A program made the position numbers and the translations under genes. The notes beneath the pieces are model-generated. The model was not told the DNA's origin. It was given only the letters and a program-made list of their open reading frames with translations, and ran no database searches. DNA of 64,000 nt from Minisyncoccota bacterium (GTDB lineage: Bacteria; Patescibacteriota; Minisyncoccia; UBA6257): assembly GCA_028695015.1 (NCBI GenBank), contig JAQVJR010000001.1, positions 180,498 through 244,497 on the forward strand. Reading direction: 5' to 3'. Shown here one piece after another: positions 1-9,607 of this stretch (position 1 is the stretch's first letter; every line of letters begins with the position of its first letter).

Positions 1-979
1 GTTCTAGAGACAATAAATCAAGTTTCATATTATTATAACAGTCAACATCTCTAAAAAACTGCTCTTGAATCTTATCGCAAATAGATGGATCTTGTTTGGA
101 TACAGCTATATATTGATAGCAAATATCTTTTGTGCTGAGATTTGGGTACCTTATTTCTTCCTGCCCATCAATCTTGTCACAGATAGATGGATCTTGTTTT
201 AATGTAGCAATTTCTAAATAACAATAATCTTTTCTTTTTTGATCTTGTATCTTATCGCAAATAGATGAATCTTGCCTAGATCGAGCAACACGCCAATAAC
301 AAGAATCTTTTCTTTTTTGATCTTGTATCAACTTACAGATAGAAAAGTTTTGCCTAGACTCAGCAACTTTTAAATAGCAATAATCTTTTCTTTCTTGATC
401 TTGTATTTTATCACAAGTATTCTCATCGTATAATTCAACAATTGAAGCTTTTTTAACACAACGAACGGAAATCTTCAAGTCTGATTCAAAAAGCTGTGGA
501 GATGTAATGTAACCAAAAATCCCCCACCCAGAAAACCCACACCTTGGATCTCCAAATCTAGAAGACGACCAATAGTAATGACCTGATGGACTCGATGGGT
601 AGCAAACATTAGAATCCCAATTGTTTTTAAAATTAAAATTCCCAAAAAGATCCCTACTATCACAAACTACATAAAGATAGTTCTCGGTGTATAAATCCTC
701 TAAAGTAGTAATATCAGGAAGCTCCCAACCTCCTGTTTTTGCATAGACTAAGTCTTGGCATGCACTAACAGCTTCTTCTTGATAATAGCCCCCCGGCAAA
801 GTATAACTCCACATATTTCCTTCATGGTCGCAATAGACTTTATTTCTTCCAATAGTAATTGAAAATCCTTTGTTTCTACTGCAGTCTCCGCTAAGTTTAT
901 TCTTGTCCGCTGATGCCCAAAACAATAGTCCACCCATTATAACGAACAAAATAAAAGATATTATAATTGCTTTTTTCAT
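1..979 (-). CDS. Secreted Cys-rich repeat protein with N-terminal DUF1566/Lcl-like domain; C-terminus runs off the window; absent from the ORF track
   Basis: My own minus-strand translation from the ATG at 979-977: MKKAIIISFILFVIMGGLLFWASA (signal peptide), then GGWELPDITTLEDLY...HYYWSSSRFGDP (DUF1566-type W.LP...YWSS motif), then 26-aa repeats SICDKIQDQKRKDYCYLEIA. I checked every triplet in this frame from 977 down to position 2 and found no stop. Track ORFs 475..663 and 748..933 are in other frames of the same locus. Confidence 0.6.
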   Translation of the reverse strand, partial: MKKAIIISFILFVIMGGLLFWASADKNKLSGDCSRNKGFSITIGRNKVYCDHEGNMWSYTLPGGYYQEEAVSACQDLVYAKTGGWELPDITTLEDLYTENYLYVVCDSRDLFGNFNFKNNWDSNVCYPSSPSGHYYWSSSRFGDPRCGFSGWGIFGYITSPQLFESDLKISVRCVKKASIVELYDENTCDKIQDQERKDYCYLKVAESRQNFSICKLIQDQKRKDSCYWRVARSRQDSSICDKIQDQKRKDYCYLEIATLKQDPSICDKIDGQEEIRYPNLSTKDICYQYIAVSKQDPSICDKIQEQFFRDVDCYNNMKLDLLSLE

Positions 980-1148
980 ATTTATATTATTAATTATTAC
1001 AATTTTATTATATCACATGCTTGAACATTCTCCGCCATCAATTAAAAAAGCCTTTCTAATAAAGGCTTTTTAGGTCTGCAGGGCCTAGTGGATGAAGTTC
1101 GAACCTATTTTATAGGTTAATCTATATTATCCTTTTATATATTTATGA

Positions 1149-2702
1149 CTACTCTGGAACACAAAGAATATGGCTTGGGGTACCAAAAAAAAGAGCCTCA
1201 AGATCAGAAGTCCAAATTTCTCTGTTTGCATATTGATAACAAATATCTCTATTTGTTTTATTCTTTATTTGCTCACAAATATAGTTTTTTTCTTTATTAC
1301 CAACAAAATAATTATAGTTATTAGTAATAGAAGAAGAATATCTTTCCTCCCTTCCGATTATTCCTACATAACAAAAATCTTTAAGATTTTGATCTTTTAT
1401 TTTATTACAAAGTTTTATATTTTTTGCAAAACTTGTAGCCCTGAAATCACGACAAGATTCATTAATTTCTAAATAACAATAATCTCTGTATTTTCTTATC
1501 GGTATTTGCTCACAAATAGTAAAATCTTCTTGAATTTTTTGAATTTCTTTATGACATTCATCTTTTATATATTCATCTTTAATTCTTTCACATAAAGAGG
1601 AGTCGTATTGTGATATGGCCAACTGTTTATTACAATAATCTTTGTTAATTTCTTCTTTTACATTTTTGCAAAGAGATAATGGATTTTCATAAGCTGAAAT
1701 ATTTATCCTAAATTCAATAAGACTAGAAAAACAATACTCTTTTGTAGATTCACTCGGGAGTTTTTCACAAATAGATAGATCTCCTAAGGTAGCTTTGGCA
1801 ATATCAATATAACAATTGTAATATTGATATTGGTTAATAGATACTTTCTTGCAAAGAGAAAAATCTAGTTTTTTAATGGCTATCCTGAAATAACAATTAT
1901 CTCTATCTCCCGGTAGTTCTATTTTTTCACAAACAGAGAGATTCATGTTAAGGATGCCAAGTTTTCTATAACATGCACTTTCATAATATCTTTCAAATAT
2001 CTTATCACAAATAGATAAGTCATTTTTTAGCTCTGCTAAGTCTACATAACACTCGCCCTTACGATCTCGGCCTTTTATTTTATCACAAATAGATAAGTCT
2101 TCTTGAAGCTTAGCTAAATGTCTAAAACAATAATCTTTATCTTCTTGATATTCTATCTTATCACAAAAAGACAAGTCATTTATTTGTCTAACGAAATATC
2201 GATAACAATTACTTTTATATTCTGGGGTTAATATTTTTTCACAAAAAGAAAAATCTTCCTGTAAGGTAACTACATCTTGATAGCAACTACCTTTATATTC
2301 TTCAACTGTTATCTTGTCGCAAATAGATAAATCATTTTTAAATTTAGCAAGGTGCTTATAACAATCATATTTATATCTTGGTGATGTTTTCTCACAAAGA
2401 GATAAATCATTTTTTATTATGGCCATATCATGATAGCAAATATCTTTAAGTTCAATTACAGCATATGGAATTATTTGTGTGCTTGATATCTTGTCACAAA
2501 TAGATGAATCTTCCTCTACAATAGCAACATCAAAATAACATTGATCTTTATAAAATTCATTCATTATTTGATCACAATCATTCAAAGTTATTTCTTTATT
2601 TAATTTGTTTTTTGTAACAAAATGATAACTTATAAAGATGAAAAATAAAAAAACCAACGCTAGTAGAATAGTTATGGATGTTTTTATGTTAAATATTTTC
2701 AT
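1149..2702 (-). CDS. Membrane-anchored Cys-rich tandem-repeat protein (~17 copies of a 26-aa C-x11-C-x13 unit; motifs DLSICDKI / CY), paralog of the left-edge gene
   Basis: 517-aa ORF; N-terminal hydrophobic anchor ITILLALVFLFFIFISY; ICDKI/FCEKI and CY motifs recur with a 26-residue period. Confidence 0.6.
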   Translation of the reverse strand: MKIFNIKTSITILLALVFLFFIFISYHFVTKNKLNKEITLNDCDQIMNEFYKDQCYFDVAIVEEDSSICDKISSTQIIPYAVIELKDICYHDMAIIKNDLSLCEKTSPRYKYDCYKHLAKFKNDLSICDKITVEEYKGSCYQDVVTLQEDFSFCEKILTPEYKSNCYRYFVRQINDLSFCDKIEYQEDKDYCFRHLAKLQEDLSICDKIKGRDRKGECYVDLAELKNDLSICDKIFERYYESACYRKLGILNMNLSVCEKIELPGDRDNCYFRIAIKKLDFSLCKKVSINQYQYYNCYIDIAKATLGDLSICEKLPSESTKEYCFSSLIEFRINISAYENPLSLCKNVKEEINKDYCNKQLAISQYDSSLCERIKDEYIKDECHKEIQKIQEDFTICEQIPIRKYRDYCYLEINESCRDFRATSFAKNIKLCNKIKDQNLKDFCYVGIIGREERYSSSITNNYNYFVGNKEKNYICEQIKNKTNRDICYQYANREIWTSDLEALFFGTPSHILCVPE

Positions 2703-2762
2703 GTATTTATATACTATATCTTTATTTTATCATAAACTTTACTACTTTGTAATTCTAAATTA

Positions 2763-2785
2763 AAAAGCCTTATTTTAAGGCTTTT
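2763..2785 (-). terminator. Hairpin aaaagcctta/taaggctttt with flanking T-run, downstream of the minus-strand tRNA/rpmG cluster
   Basis: Inverted repeat followed by a T-run when read on the minus strand. Confidence 0.4.
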
Positions 2786-2791
2786 AAAAAG

Positions 2792-2865
2792 CAGGGGCGA
2801 CAGGACTCGAACCTGCAACCAACGGTTTTGGAGACCGCTACTCTGCCAATTGAGCTACGCCCCTT
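2792..2865 (-). tRNA. trnW: tRNA-Trp (anticodon CCA)
   Basis: Reverse complement folds as a cloverleaf: acceptor AGGGGCG/CGCCCCT, anticodon loop CTCCAAA, T-loop GGTTCGAGTCC. Confidence 0.85.
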
Positions 2866-2890
2866 CTAGAATATATTTTATCAAATATTG

Positions 2891-3049
2891 TTATTTTTTG
2901 CCTTCTTTGTGAATTGTATGTTTACGACACCAAGGACAATATTTTTTAAATTCTAACTTACGCTCAACTAATTTCTTATTACGTCGAGTATAGTAATTTA
3001 TTTGTTTGCATTCTGTGCATTGTAATTTAACAATATGTTCTTTTTTCAT
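2891..3049 (-). CDS. rpmG: 50S ribosomal protein L33 (52 aa, under the ORF-track size cutoff)
   Basis: My translation: [52 protein letters not shown], the L33 Cys4 zinc-ribbon pattern. Confidence 0.85.
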   Translation of the reverse strand: MKKEHIVKLQCTECKQINYYTRRNKKLVERKLEFKKYCPWCRKHTIHKEGKK

Positions 3050-3079
3050 AACTGATTTTTACTGTTTATTATTGCTCTG

Positions 3080-3151
3080 AGCCGAAGGTGGGAATTGAAC
3101 CCACGACCTCTTTCTTACCAAGAAAGCGTTCTGCCACTGAACTACTTCGGC
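3080..3151 (-). tRNA. tRNA-Thr (anticodon GGT)
   Basis: Acceptor GCCGAAG/CTTCGGC; anticodon stem CTTTC/GAAAG with loop TTGGTAA (anticodon GGU); T-arm GTGGGTTCAATTCCCAC. Confidence 0.8.
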
Positions 3152-3162
3152 TTAGGTTCTAG

Positions 3163-3246
3163 TGGGCAGGATAGGATTCGAACCTATGTAGGCCTAAGGC
3201 CGCGAGATTTACAGTCTCGTGCAATTGTCCACTCTGCCACCTGCCC
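3163..3246 (-). tRNA. tRNA-Tyr (anticodon GTA), long variable arm
   Basis: Acceptor GGGCAGG/CCTGCCC; anticodon loop CTGTAAA; variable arm GCGGCCTTAGGCCTAC; T-loop GGTTCGAATCC. Confidence 0.85.
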
Positions 3247-3254
3247 AAATTAAG

Positions 3255-3326
3255 AGCCGAGGAGAGGATTCGAACCTCCAACCTACGGTTTACAAAACCG
3301 TTGCTCTGCCGTTGAGCTACCTCGGC
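3255..3326 (-). tRNA. tRNA-Thr (anticodon TGT)
   Basis: Acceptor GCCGAGG/CCTCGGC; D-arm GCTCAACGGCAGAGC; anticodon stem ACGGT/ACCGT with loop TTTGTAA. Confidence 0.85.
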
Positions 3327-3337
3327 ATTAAAGATAA

Positions 3338-3937
3338 TTATCTAGCACCACCTCTTTTTTCATACAGCTCAATTAATAAATCCTGCACCACATTATCTTC
3401 TTTATTCAAATGATAAGCTTGTAGTAGGGCCCAACGAGCAGAAGAAAAATCCTCTCGCCAGAGATAAATACGAGCTAAGTTTTTAAAAGCAGCTAAATTC
3501 TCTGGGCTCTTACTGATTTTTTTTAATAATTTCTTTTCTTCTTGTAAACTATCAAGCTTTGTATCTATTTCTGCATTATTTTCCAAAGATGTTTTTTCAG
3601 CAAAAGATTTTATAATATCTTCACTTCCTTTAAAATTAGGTGTTTTTCTCCTAATCCTTATCTTTGTTAAATTTGCTGAAATTGTTTTATCAATTCTTAA
3701 TACTATTATCCGAGAACGAACTAGTACTTTTTCTGTTAAAGAATAAATACCACTACCAACTTTTTTATAACTTAACTTTGTCTGTAGTTTTTCCAGCAGT
3801 TTTTTCTTTTCTTTTTTTATTTTTGCTAATTCCTCTTCTCCCTTAATAATAGATTCTTTGTTTTGTCTGTATTGAAATATGTAAACCAATCCAGCAATTC
3901 CTAAAATAATAAGAAGGGAAGGAATAATATTAAACAT
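3338..3937 (-). CDS. Hypothetical membrane-anchored coiled-coil protein
   Basis: N-terminal TM segment IIPSLLIILGIAGLVYIF; K/E-rich coiled-coil region; TPR-like C-terminus. Confidence 0.4.
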   Translation of the reverse strand: MFNIIPSLLIILGIAGLVYIFQYRQNKESIIKGEEELAKIKKEKKKLLEKLQTKLSYKKVGSGIYSLTEKVLVRSRIIVLRIDKTISANLTKIRIRRKTPNFKGSEDIIKSFAEKTSLENNAEIDTKLDSLQEEKKLLKKISKSPENLAAFKNLARIYLWREDFSSARWALLQAYHLNKEDNVVQDLLIELYEKRGGAR

Positions 3938-3940
3938 ATC

Positions 3941-4528
3941 TTAGATTTGGAAACGAATAAAACGACTAATTTCTATTTTCTCACCAAATTTAGCTGTTGC
4001 TTCCTTAATCAATTGTTCAATAGTTTTTGTTTCATCTTTGATATATGCTTGCTGCTCTAGACAAAGTTCTAAGAAATCCTTTTCTAACTTGCCTTTTATT
4101 ATCTTCTCTACAATCTCAGGTGGTTTTTTTGAACCTTTTAATTCTTCAGTATATTCTTTTCTCTGTGCCTCAATGATTTCCTGAGGCATTTTATCAAAAG
4201 AAACATATTTTGGGTTTAAAGCAGTAACCTGCATGGCTAAATTATAAGCCAATTGTTTAAATTCTGTGTTCTTAGCTACAAAATCTGTTTCACAACGTAA
4301 TTCTATTAAAGCTCCTACCTGATGATTTGAATGAATATAAGCTTCAACCACTCCACTCTTAGTGCGACTCTCTCCTTTTTCTTCTGCCCTTAATTCTCCT
4401 CTTTTTTTTAAAATTTCACCAGCTTTTTCTAAATTACCTTCAGCTTCTTCTAAAGCTTTTTTACATTCTACTACTGGTGATTGAGTTTGTTCTCTTAATT
4501 TTTGAATATCTTGTATTTTAGCTTTCAT
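3941..4528 (-). CDS. tsf: Elongation factor Ts
   Basis: N-terminal UBA-like region ...VVECKKALEEAEGNLEKAGEILKKRG; gene order rpsB-tsf. Confidence 0.85.
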   Translation of the reverse strand: MKAKIQDIQKLREQTQSPVVECKKALEEAEGNLEKAGEILKKRGELRAEEKGESRTKSGVVEAYIHSNHQVGALIELRCETDFVAKNTEFKQLAYNLAMQVTALNPKYVSFDKMPQEIIEAQRKEYTEELKGSKKPPEIVEKIIKGKLEKDFLELCLEQQAYIKDETKTIEQLIKEATAKFGEKIEISRFIRFQI

Positions 4529-4555
4529 TGTATTTGTATAGTTATTAATTATAAT

Positions 4556-5293
4556 TTAAGGTTTTTCTATTATTGCATCAATTTTAGATAAAATATATTT
4601 TATTGAAGATCTAGCACTATCATTTGCTGGAATTGGATAATCCACTAGTGTAGGATCATCATCAGTATCAAGGATTGAAATAATAGGAATCTCTTTTTTC
4701 TGAGCTTCTCTAATTGCTGTTTTATGAATCTTAGGATCAACAATAAACAAAGCGTCTGGTAATTGAGACATCTTTTTTAAACCAATAAACTTCTGCTCTA
4801 AATCATAAATCTCTTCTTCTAATTTCTTTTTTTCTTGTTTAGTATAATTACTCCATTCACCTGATTTTTGCTTCTCCTCTAATTCTTGCAAGTGCTTAAT
4901 CCTATCACTAAGTGTTTGAAAATTTGTCAAAGTTCCTCCTAACCATCGATTTATCACATAAGGAAAATCATGCTTTTTGCTTAATTCCTCTACTGCCTTT
5001 TGTGCTCCTCCTGTAGTGCCAACAAAAAGAATCATCCCTTTCTTCTTAATTATTTCTTTAATAAAATCTATTGCTGCCTGAAGCCCCTTCTTTGTTTCAT
5101 TCAAATCAATTAAAGCAATTTCTGCTGATGATTTTAAGGTAAAATAACCAGCCCGAGGGTGATTATAAGTTCTCTTATGACCATAATGCAAACCTGCTTT
5201 TTTCATTTCTTCCAAATCATTGTCTTTTTGATTCTTTTCAGCATCTAGTATCTCTTCAGGGTCAATTATTTGTGAGTTTTTATTTTCTGTCAT
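4556..5293 (-). CDS. rpsB: 30S ribosomal protein S2 (probable start MTENK at 5293; the track ORF extends to 5341)
   Basis: Motif KAGLHYGHKRTYNHP matches the S2 N-terminal signature; lies upstream of tsf. Confidence 0.85.
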   Translation of the reverse strand: MTENKNSQIIDPEEILDAEKNQKDNDLEEMKKAGLHYGHKRTYNHPRAGYFTLKSSAEIALIDLNETKKGLQAAIDFIKEIIKKKGMILFVGTTGGAQKAVEELSKKHDFPYVINRWLGGTLTNFQTLSDRIKHLQELEEKQKSGEWSNYTKQEKKKLEEEIYDLEQKFIGLKKMSQLPDALFIVDPKIHKTAIREAQKKEIPIISILDTDDDPTLVDYPIPANDSARSSIKYILSKIDAIIEKP

Positions 5294-5358
5294 AGTGTGT
5301 TTTAATTTACCATAAAAAGTACCTAGAATCAAGAAAAACAAATAATTTAAATAAAAAA

Positions 5359-5419
5359 AACGCTGTGATCGTTAAAAATCACAGCGTTCCAGTGGGGTTG
5401 CTCTCTTTAGAAGAGAGCA
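5359..5419 (-). promoter_or_regulatory. Two consecutive hairpins in the rpsB 5' leader; the promoter-distal one is followed by a U-run (possible attenuator or autoregulatory structure)
   Basis: Inverted repeats gctctctt/aagagagc (5398-5419) and aacgctgtgat/atcacagcgtt (5359-5388); the latter has a T8 run on the minus strand. Confidence 0.3.
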
Positions 5420-5498
5420 CTGACATATTAGCATATTCTAAATTATAAGTCAAGTCTTAATTGATTTTAAAAATGTTTTCTGTTATTATAGATTTGCT

Positions 5499-5792
5499 AT
5501 GAAAAAGAACATTCATCCCCCATATTATAACAAAGCAAAAGCAACTTGTACTTGCGGTGCTGAGTTTTCTGTGAGGGCAACAACAGAAAAAATAGAAGTG
5601 GAAATCTGTTCTCAGTGTCATCCTTTTTATACTGGACAAAAAAAATTAGTTGACACCACAGGACAAGTACAAAAATTTAAAAAACGTCTTGAAAAGACAG
5701 AAACTCTAGCTGTTAAAAAACCCCCAAAGAAAAGAATCAAAAAAGATAAAGAAACAAGCCGAAAATCAAAAACCAAACAAGAAGCTAAATGA
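5499..5792 (+). CDS. rpmE: 50S ribosomal protein L31 with Lys-rich C-terminal extension
   Basis: [10 protein letters not shown]...CTCG...[10 protein letters not shown], the L31 zinc-ribbon signature. Confidence 0.85.
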   Translation: MKKNIHPPYYNKAKATCTCGAEFSVRATTEKIEVEICSQCHPFYTGQKKLVDTTGQVQKFKKRLEKTETLAVKKPPKKRIKKDKETSRKSKTKQEAK

Positions 5793-6838
5793 ATTTGAAT
5801 ACACTACAAAAGAAAAAAGAAGAACTTTTAAAGAAACTCAGCAACCCTGAGTTTCTTTCTGATAAGGCAAAATTTGAACAAGCTTCTCGTGAATTAAAAA
5901 AAATTGAAAAAGAGCTTCATATTCAAAAAGAAATAGCCCGGGCAGAAAAAAAGATAAAAGAAGCAGAGGAAATCTTAGCTGAAGAAACTGATAGTGAGCT
6001 CTTGGACCTAGCTAAAGAAGAATTACAAAAAAACACATCTTTAAAGGAAACTTTATTCCAAAAACTCCAAGCTGAAGAAGATTCTAATAATAGCTTAAAT
6101 AATATTAAAAGCATTATCCTTGAAATTAGAGCTGGTACTGGAGGTGAAGAAGCAGCTTTATTTGCCCTAGATTTATTCACAATGTATAATCGTTATGCTA
6201 ATATCCAAGGCTGGCCAATAAAAGTAATTGATATTAGCAAAACTTCTCTTGGGGGATTAAAAGAAGGTATCTTAGAAATAGATAACAAAGAATCTTTTAA
6301 TGAATTAAAACAAGAAGCTGGTGTTCATCGAGTACAAAGAGTACCTATTACAGAAAAATCAGGACGAATTCATACTTCCACAGCTACAGTGGCTGTCTTG
6401 CCCCAAATAAAAAATATTGAAATAAAAATTAAACCAGAAGAAATCGAGGAAACTTTTTTCAGGTCTTCTGGGCCTGGTGGTCAAAATGTCAATAAAGTAG
6501 AAACTGCTGTTCGCATTCTTCATAAGCCAACTGGTATATTTGTTGCCTGCCAAAGTGAAAGACATCAAAACCAAAACAGAGAAAAAGCTCTTGAGATTTT
6601 GAAAAATAAATTACATGACCTTCAAGAAGAAGAACAGATTGGTAAAGCAAAAAAAGAAAGGCGCAGCCAAATAGGCAGCGCCGAAAGAAGCGAAAAAATA
6701 CGCACCTATAACTTCCCTCAAGACCGTATTACTGACCACCGCTTAAAAAAATCATGGCATCATATTGATGAAGTTTTAAGCGGAGAAGGATTAAAAGATA
6801 TTATACAAGCATTTAAAAAGGAATATCATCAGACATAA
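5789..6838 (+). CDS. prfA: Peptide chain release factor 1
   Basis: GGQ motif [11 protein letters not shown]; RF1-type PxT region [15 protein letters not shown]. Confidence 0.85.
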   Translation: MNLNTLQKKKEELLKKLSNPEFLSDKAKFEQASRELKKIEKELHIQKEIARAEKKIKEAEEILAEETDSELLDLAKEELQKNTSLKETLFQKLQAEEDSNNSLNNIKSIILEIRAGTGGEEAALFALDLFTMYNRYANIQGWPIKVIDISKTSLGGLKEGILEIDNKESFNELKQEAGVHRVQRVPITEKSGRIHTSTATVAVLPQIKNIEIKIKPEEIEETFFRSSGPGGQNVNKVETAVRILHKPTGIFVACQSERHQNQNREKALEILKNKLHDLQEEEQIGKAKKERRSQIGSAERSEKIRTYNFPQDRITDHRLKKSWHHIDEVLSGEGLKDIIQAFKKEYHQT

Positions 6839-7256
6839 TCTCTCCTGAATCTTCTTCTAAAACTGGTAAGTCTTCAATTCCTGCCTCTGGTTGTTCTGGA
6901 GGCATTTTAAATTGATCTTCTTCTTGCATTCTCCTTGGACCAAATCTAACATTTTCAGCCACAATTTCTGTTCTAGTTCTTTTTTGTTCATTTGTATCAA
7001 CCCAGCTTCTTGTTCTTATCCTTCCCTCAACTAATACTGAGCGTCCTTTTGCAAGATATTGATTACAAAGTTCAGCCATTTTCCCCCAAACAACTACATT
7101 ATGAAACTCTGCTTCTTGTTGCCTTTGTCCACTCGCATCATTCCAAACTCGATTAGTTGCTACTCCAAAATTAGCCACTGAACGCCCTGAAGGAGTGGTT
7201 CGAAGATCAACATCTCGAGTTAAATTTCCAATAATAAAAACTTTATTTAAATACAT
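6813..7256 (-). CDS. ssb: Single-stranded DNA-binding protein
   Basis: OB-fold N-terminus [35 protein letters not shown]; acidic tail ending DDIPF. Confidence 0.9.
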   Translation of the reverse strand: MYLNKVFIIGNLTRDVDLRTTPSGRSVANFGVATNRVWNDASGQRQQEAEFHNVVVWGKMAELCNQYLAKGRSVLVEGRIRTRSWVDTNEQKRTRTEIVAENVRFGPRRMQEEDQFKMPPEQPEAGIEDLPVLEEDSGEIMSDDIPF

Positions 7257-7291
7257 GGTTTTTTATTGTTAATTTTCGACCAAAGCCACCA

Positions 7292-7792
7292 TTATTTGTT
7301 CAAAATTTCATTTAGCTTTTTATCTAATTCCTCTACACTAATTTCTGTTTCTGGTTTTTTATCTACTAAAGTTTCTTTTGATTCTTTATCTTCTTTTAAT
7401 AATAAATCATCTTTTGTTTGTGATTTTAATAATGATTTTTTAAAAGTAGAAGGAGAAATTTTAATTGTTTTCTTTATTTCCTTGCGCACAATAATAAAAC
7501 GAATCAAATCAGTATTAAGATTTAATTTTTTCTGTAAAGCATTAATTAAGTTTTTTGCTAATCCAAATTGAATAAAGGCAAAATAGGCATTCAAATGAAT
7601 GGCCTTACTTTTCCTTATTGGATAACCTAAAGGTTTTAATTGAGGTAATTGAGAAACATTTATAATTGCACCCATCCCTTCTAATTCTTTTAACAAGCTA
7701 TTAAACTTTAATTCAGCTTCCTTTTCATTAAACTCTGGAGAAAGCCAAAGAGTTAATTCATAATTGAAAATATTTTTTTCTTTTTTCACCAT
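7292..7792 (-). CDS. rpsF: 30S ribosomal protein S6 with C-terminal extension
   Basis: S6-like core YELTLWLSPEF...LGYPI; adjacent to ssb (rpsF-ssb-rpsR neighbourhood). Confidence 0.7.
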   Translation of the reverse strand: MVKKEKNIFNYELTLWLSPEFNEKEAELKFNSLLKELEGMGAIINVSQLPQLKPLGYPIRKSKAIHLNAYFAFIQFGLAKNLINALQKKLNLNTDLIRFIIVRKEIKKTIKISPSTFKKSLLKSQTKDDLLLKEDKESKETLVDKKPETEISVEELDKKLNEILNK

Positions 7793-7796
7793 AATG

Positions 7797-8822
7797 CTAT
7801 GTTTTTATTATTTGTTGCCAAAGATTCTTTGCTATCTTTGGGTTTTCTTTTAAGAAATTTCTTGCTACTTCAAAACCAACTCCTAATTTTATATCTCCAA
7901 AACTAAAGGTTAGTCCAGATTTTTTCACTATCTCTTTTTTTAATCCTAAATTTAATAAATCTCCACTAAAAGATATTCCTTCATTATAAAGAATATCAAA
8001 TTCTGTTTCTCTGAATGGAGGAGCTACTTTATTCTTAACCACTTTTACTTTAATTCGCGAACCAATAATCTCTTCGCTTTTTTTAATCTGGGCTGTTCTC
8101 CTTAATTCAATCCTCACTGAGCTATAAAACTTTAATGCCTTGCCTCCTGGTGTTGTGGTTGGATTACCAAACATAACCATTCCTATCTGCATTCTTGTCT
8201 GATTAGTAAAAATGATTGCTGTATTAGTTTTTGCAGCAATGCCAGTTAATTTCCTTAAAGCTCGACTCATTAAGCGTGCTTGTAAACCTATGGTCTGATC
8301 TCCCATTTCTCCTTCAATCTCTGCTTGTGGTGTTAAAGCAGCTACAGAATCCACAATAATCAAATTAATAACTCCTGAACGAACTAAAGATTCCACAATA
8401 TCTAAGGCTTGCTCTCCATTATCTGGTTGGGAAATTAATAAATCTTTAACTTTAACCCCTATCTTTTGAGCATAATCTGGATCTAAGGCATGTTCTGAAT
8501 CAATAAATGCAGCCTTGCCTCCTTTTTTTTGCACCTCAGCAACAATATGAAGAACTAATGTTGTTTTTCCTGAAGACTCAGCACCATAAATTTCTGTAAT
8601 CCTGCCACGAGGAATTCCACCAACTCCAAGGGCTAAATCTAAAGAAGGAGAACCAGTAGGAATAACATCAACATTAACTTTTTTAACCCCTCCTAATTTC
8701 ATTATCGCCCCTTCTCCAAATTTATCTTGTAAATCTTTTAAGGTTTGTTCTAAAACCTGATCTTCTTTTGTTCCTTTATTCTCTAATTTACTTTTTGTTG
8801 TTTTTAATGATTTTTTTGCCAT
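7797..8822 (-). CDS. recA: Recombinase RecA (start likely MAKK at 8822)
   Basis: Walker [17 protein letters not shown]; loop L2/RecA core; overall RecA-length ORF. Confidence 0.9.
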   Translation of the reverse strand: MAKKSLKTTKSKLENKGTKEDQVLEQTLKDLQDKFGEGAIMKLGGVKKVNVDVIPTGSPSLDLALGVGGIPRGRITEIYGAESSGKTTLVLHIVAEVQKKGGKAAFIDSEHALDPDYAQKIGVKVKDLLISQPDNGEQALDIVESLVRSGVINLIIVDSVAALTPQAEIEGEMGDQTIGLQARLMSRALRKLTGIAAKTNTAIIFTNQTRMQIGMVMFGNPTTTPGGKALKFYSSVRIELRRTAQIKKSEEIIGSRIKVKVVKNKVAPPFRETEFDILYNEGISFSGDLLNLGLKKEIVKKSGLTFSFGDIKLGVGFEVARNFLKENPKIAKNLWQQIIKT

Positions 8823-8875
8823 ATTGATAAAAATTATATTAACAATTATTAAAAAGTTCTGCAACTTACATATTT

Positions 8876-9607
8876 TTATTCATTAGATAAATCAATTGGG
8901 GTATAAATAATTTGTCGTTCAATTGAGCTAATATGATTTAAAATATTTATCGCCTTAAATTCAATATTATTAAGCCCAGGTAAAAGCATAATCCTATCAT
9001 TAAATTCACCATTTTTCTCTAAAAATATTTCCTTGTCTTTAACAAAAAATCCTTTAGCGCGAATAACCCTACCTGATATTTCAAGCTCTGGCTGAATCGT
9101 AGTAAAATCTTCTAATGGGGAGTAGAGAGTTATCTTTGCTGGTAGAATGAAAAAACTTGCTTCGTAAATAAAGTAAGATAAAATCAAAAACCAAAACATC
9201 CATCTTAAAAATTGCGGTAAAACATTTTTAAAAAACAAGAAAAATTTTGACTCATTGATAAAGAACCTGTTTTCAGGTGGTAAATCATTTTTACCAGAAG
9301 ACAAATTCCTACCATTGCTTTTCTGATAAAGAGCTAATATTTCCTCTTCGTCTAGTTTTAAAAAATTCGCATATTTTTTAATAATGCCTCTTAAATAAAC
9401 TGGGGGTGGCAAGTTTTCATAAGCATTATTTTCTATATCTCTAATAATAGAAGCTAAAATCTTTGTTTCTTCAGCAGTTTTTTCTATACTATATCCTTTA
9501 TCTAAACGTATTTGTTTTAAAAACTCTCCACAAGATTTCATTTCCTCAACTCCTCCAATAGTATTCTTATCTTCAGTGTTTGTTTTTTTATTCTCTGCCA
9601 TAATCAT
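8876..9607 (-). CDS. rodZ: RodZ-like cytoskeletal HTH/TM protein
   Basis: XRE-type [36 protein letters not shown], RodZ-like [13 protein letters not shown], one TM segment, C-terminal domain. Confidence 0.6.
   Translation of the reverse strand: MIMAENKKTNTEDKNTIGGVEEMKSCGEFLKQIRLDKGYSIEKTAEETKILASIIRDIENNAYENLPPPVYLRGIIKKYANFLKLDEEEILALYQKSNGRNLSSGKNDLPPENRFFINESKFFLFFKNVLPQFLRWMFWFLILSYFIYEASFFILPAKITLYSPLEDFTTIQPELEISGRVIRAKGFFVKDKEIFLEKNGEFNDRIMLLPGLNNIEFKAINILNHISSIERQIIYTPIDLSNE

Noticed and set aside
475-933. Track ORFs 475..663 (-) and 748..933 (-)
   Set aside because: Alternative frames of the larger uninterrupted minus-strand ORF 1..979, which I translated directly; they lack features of real proteins.
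870-1472. Plus-strand ORFs 870..1073 and 1170..1472
   Set aside because: Antisense to the Cys-rich repeat genes; low-complexity I/L/F-rich translations typical of AT-rich antisense frames.
3219-3413. ORF 3219..3413 (+)
   Set aside because: Runs across tRNA-Tyr and tRNA-Thr on the opposite strand.
5457-6574. Minus-strand ORFs 5457..5639, 5923..6180, 6359..6574
   Set aside because: Antisense to rpmE/prfA, which have clear conserved motifs.
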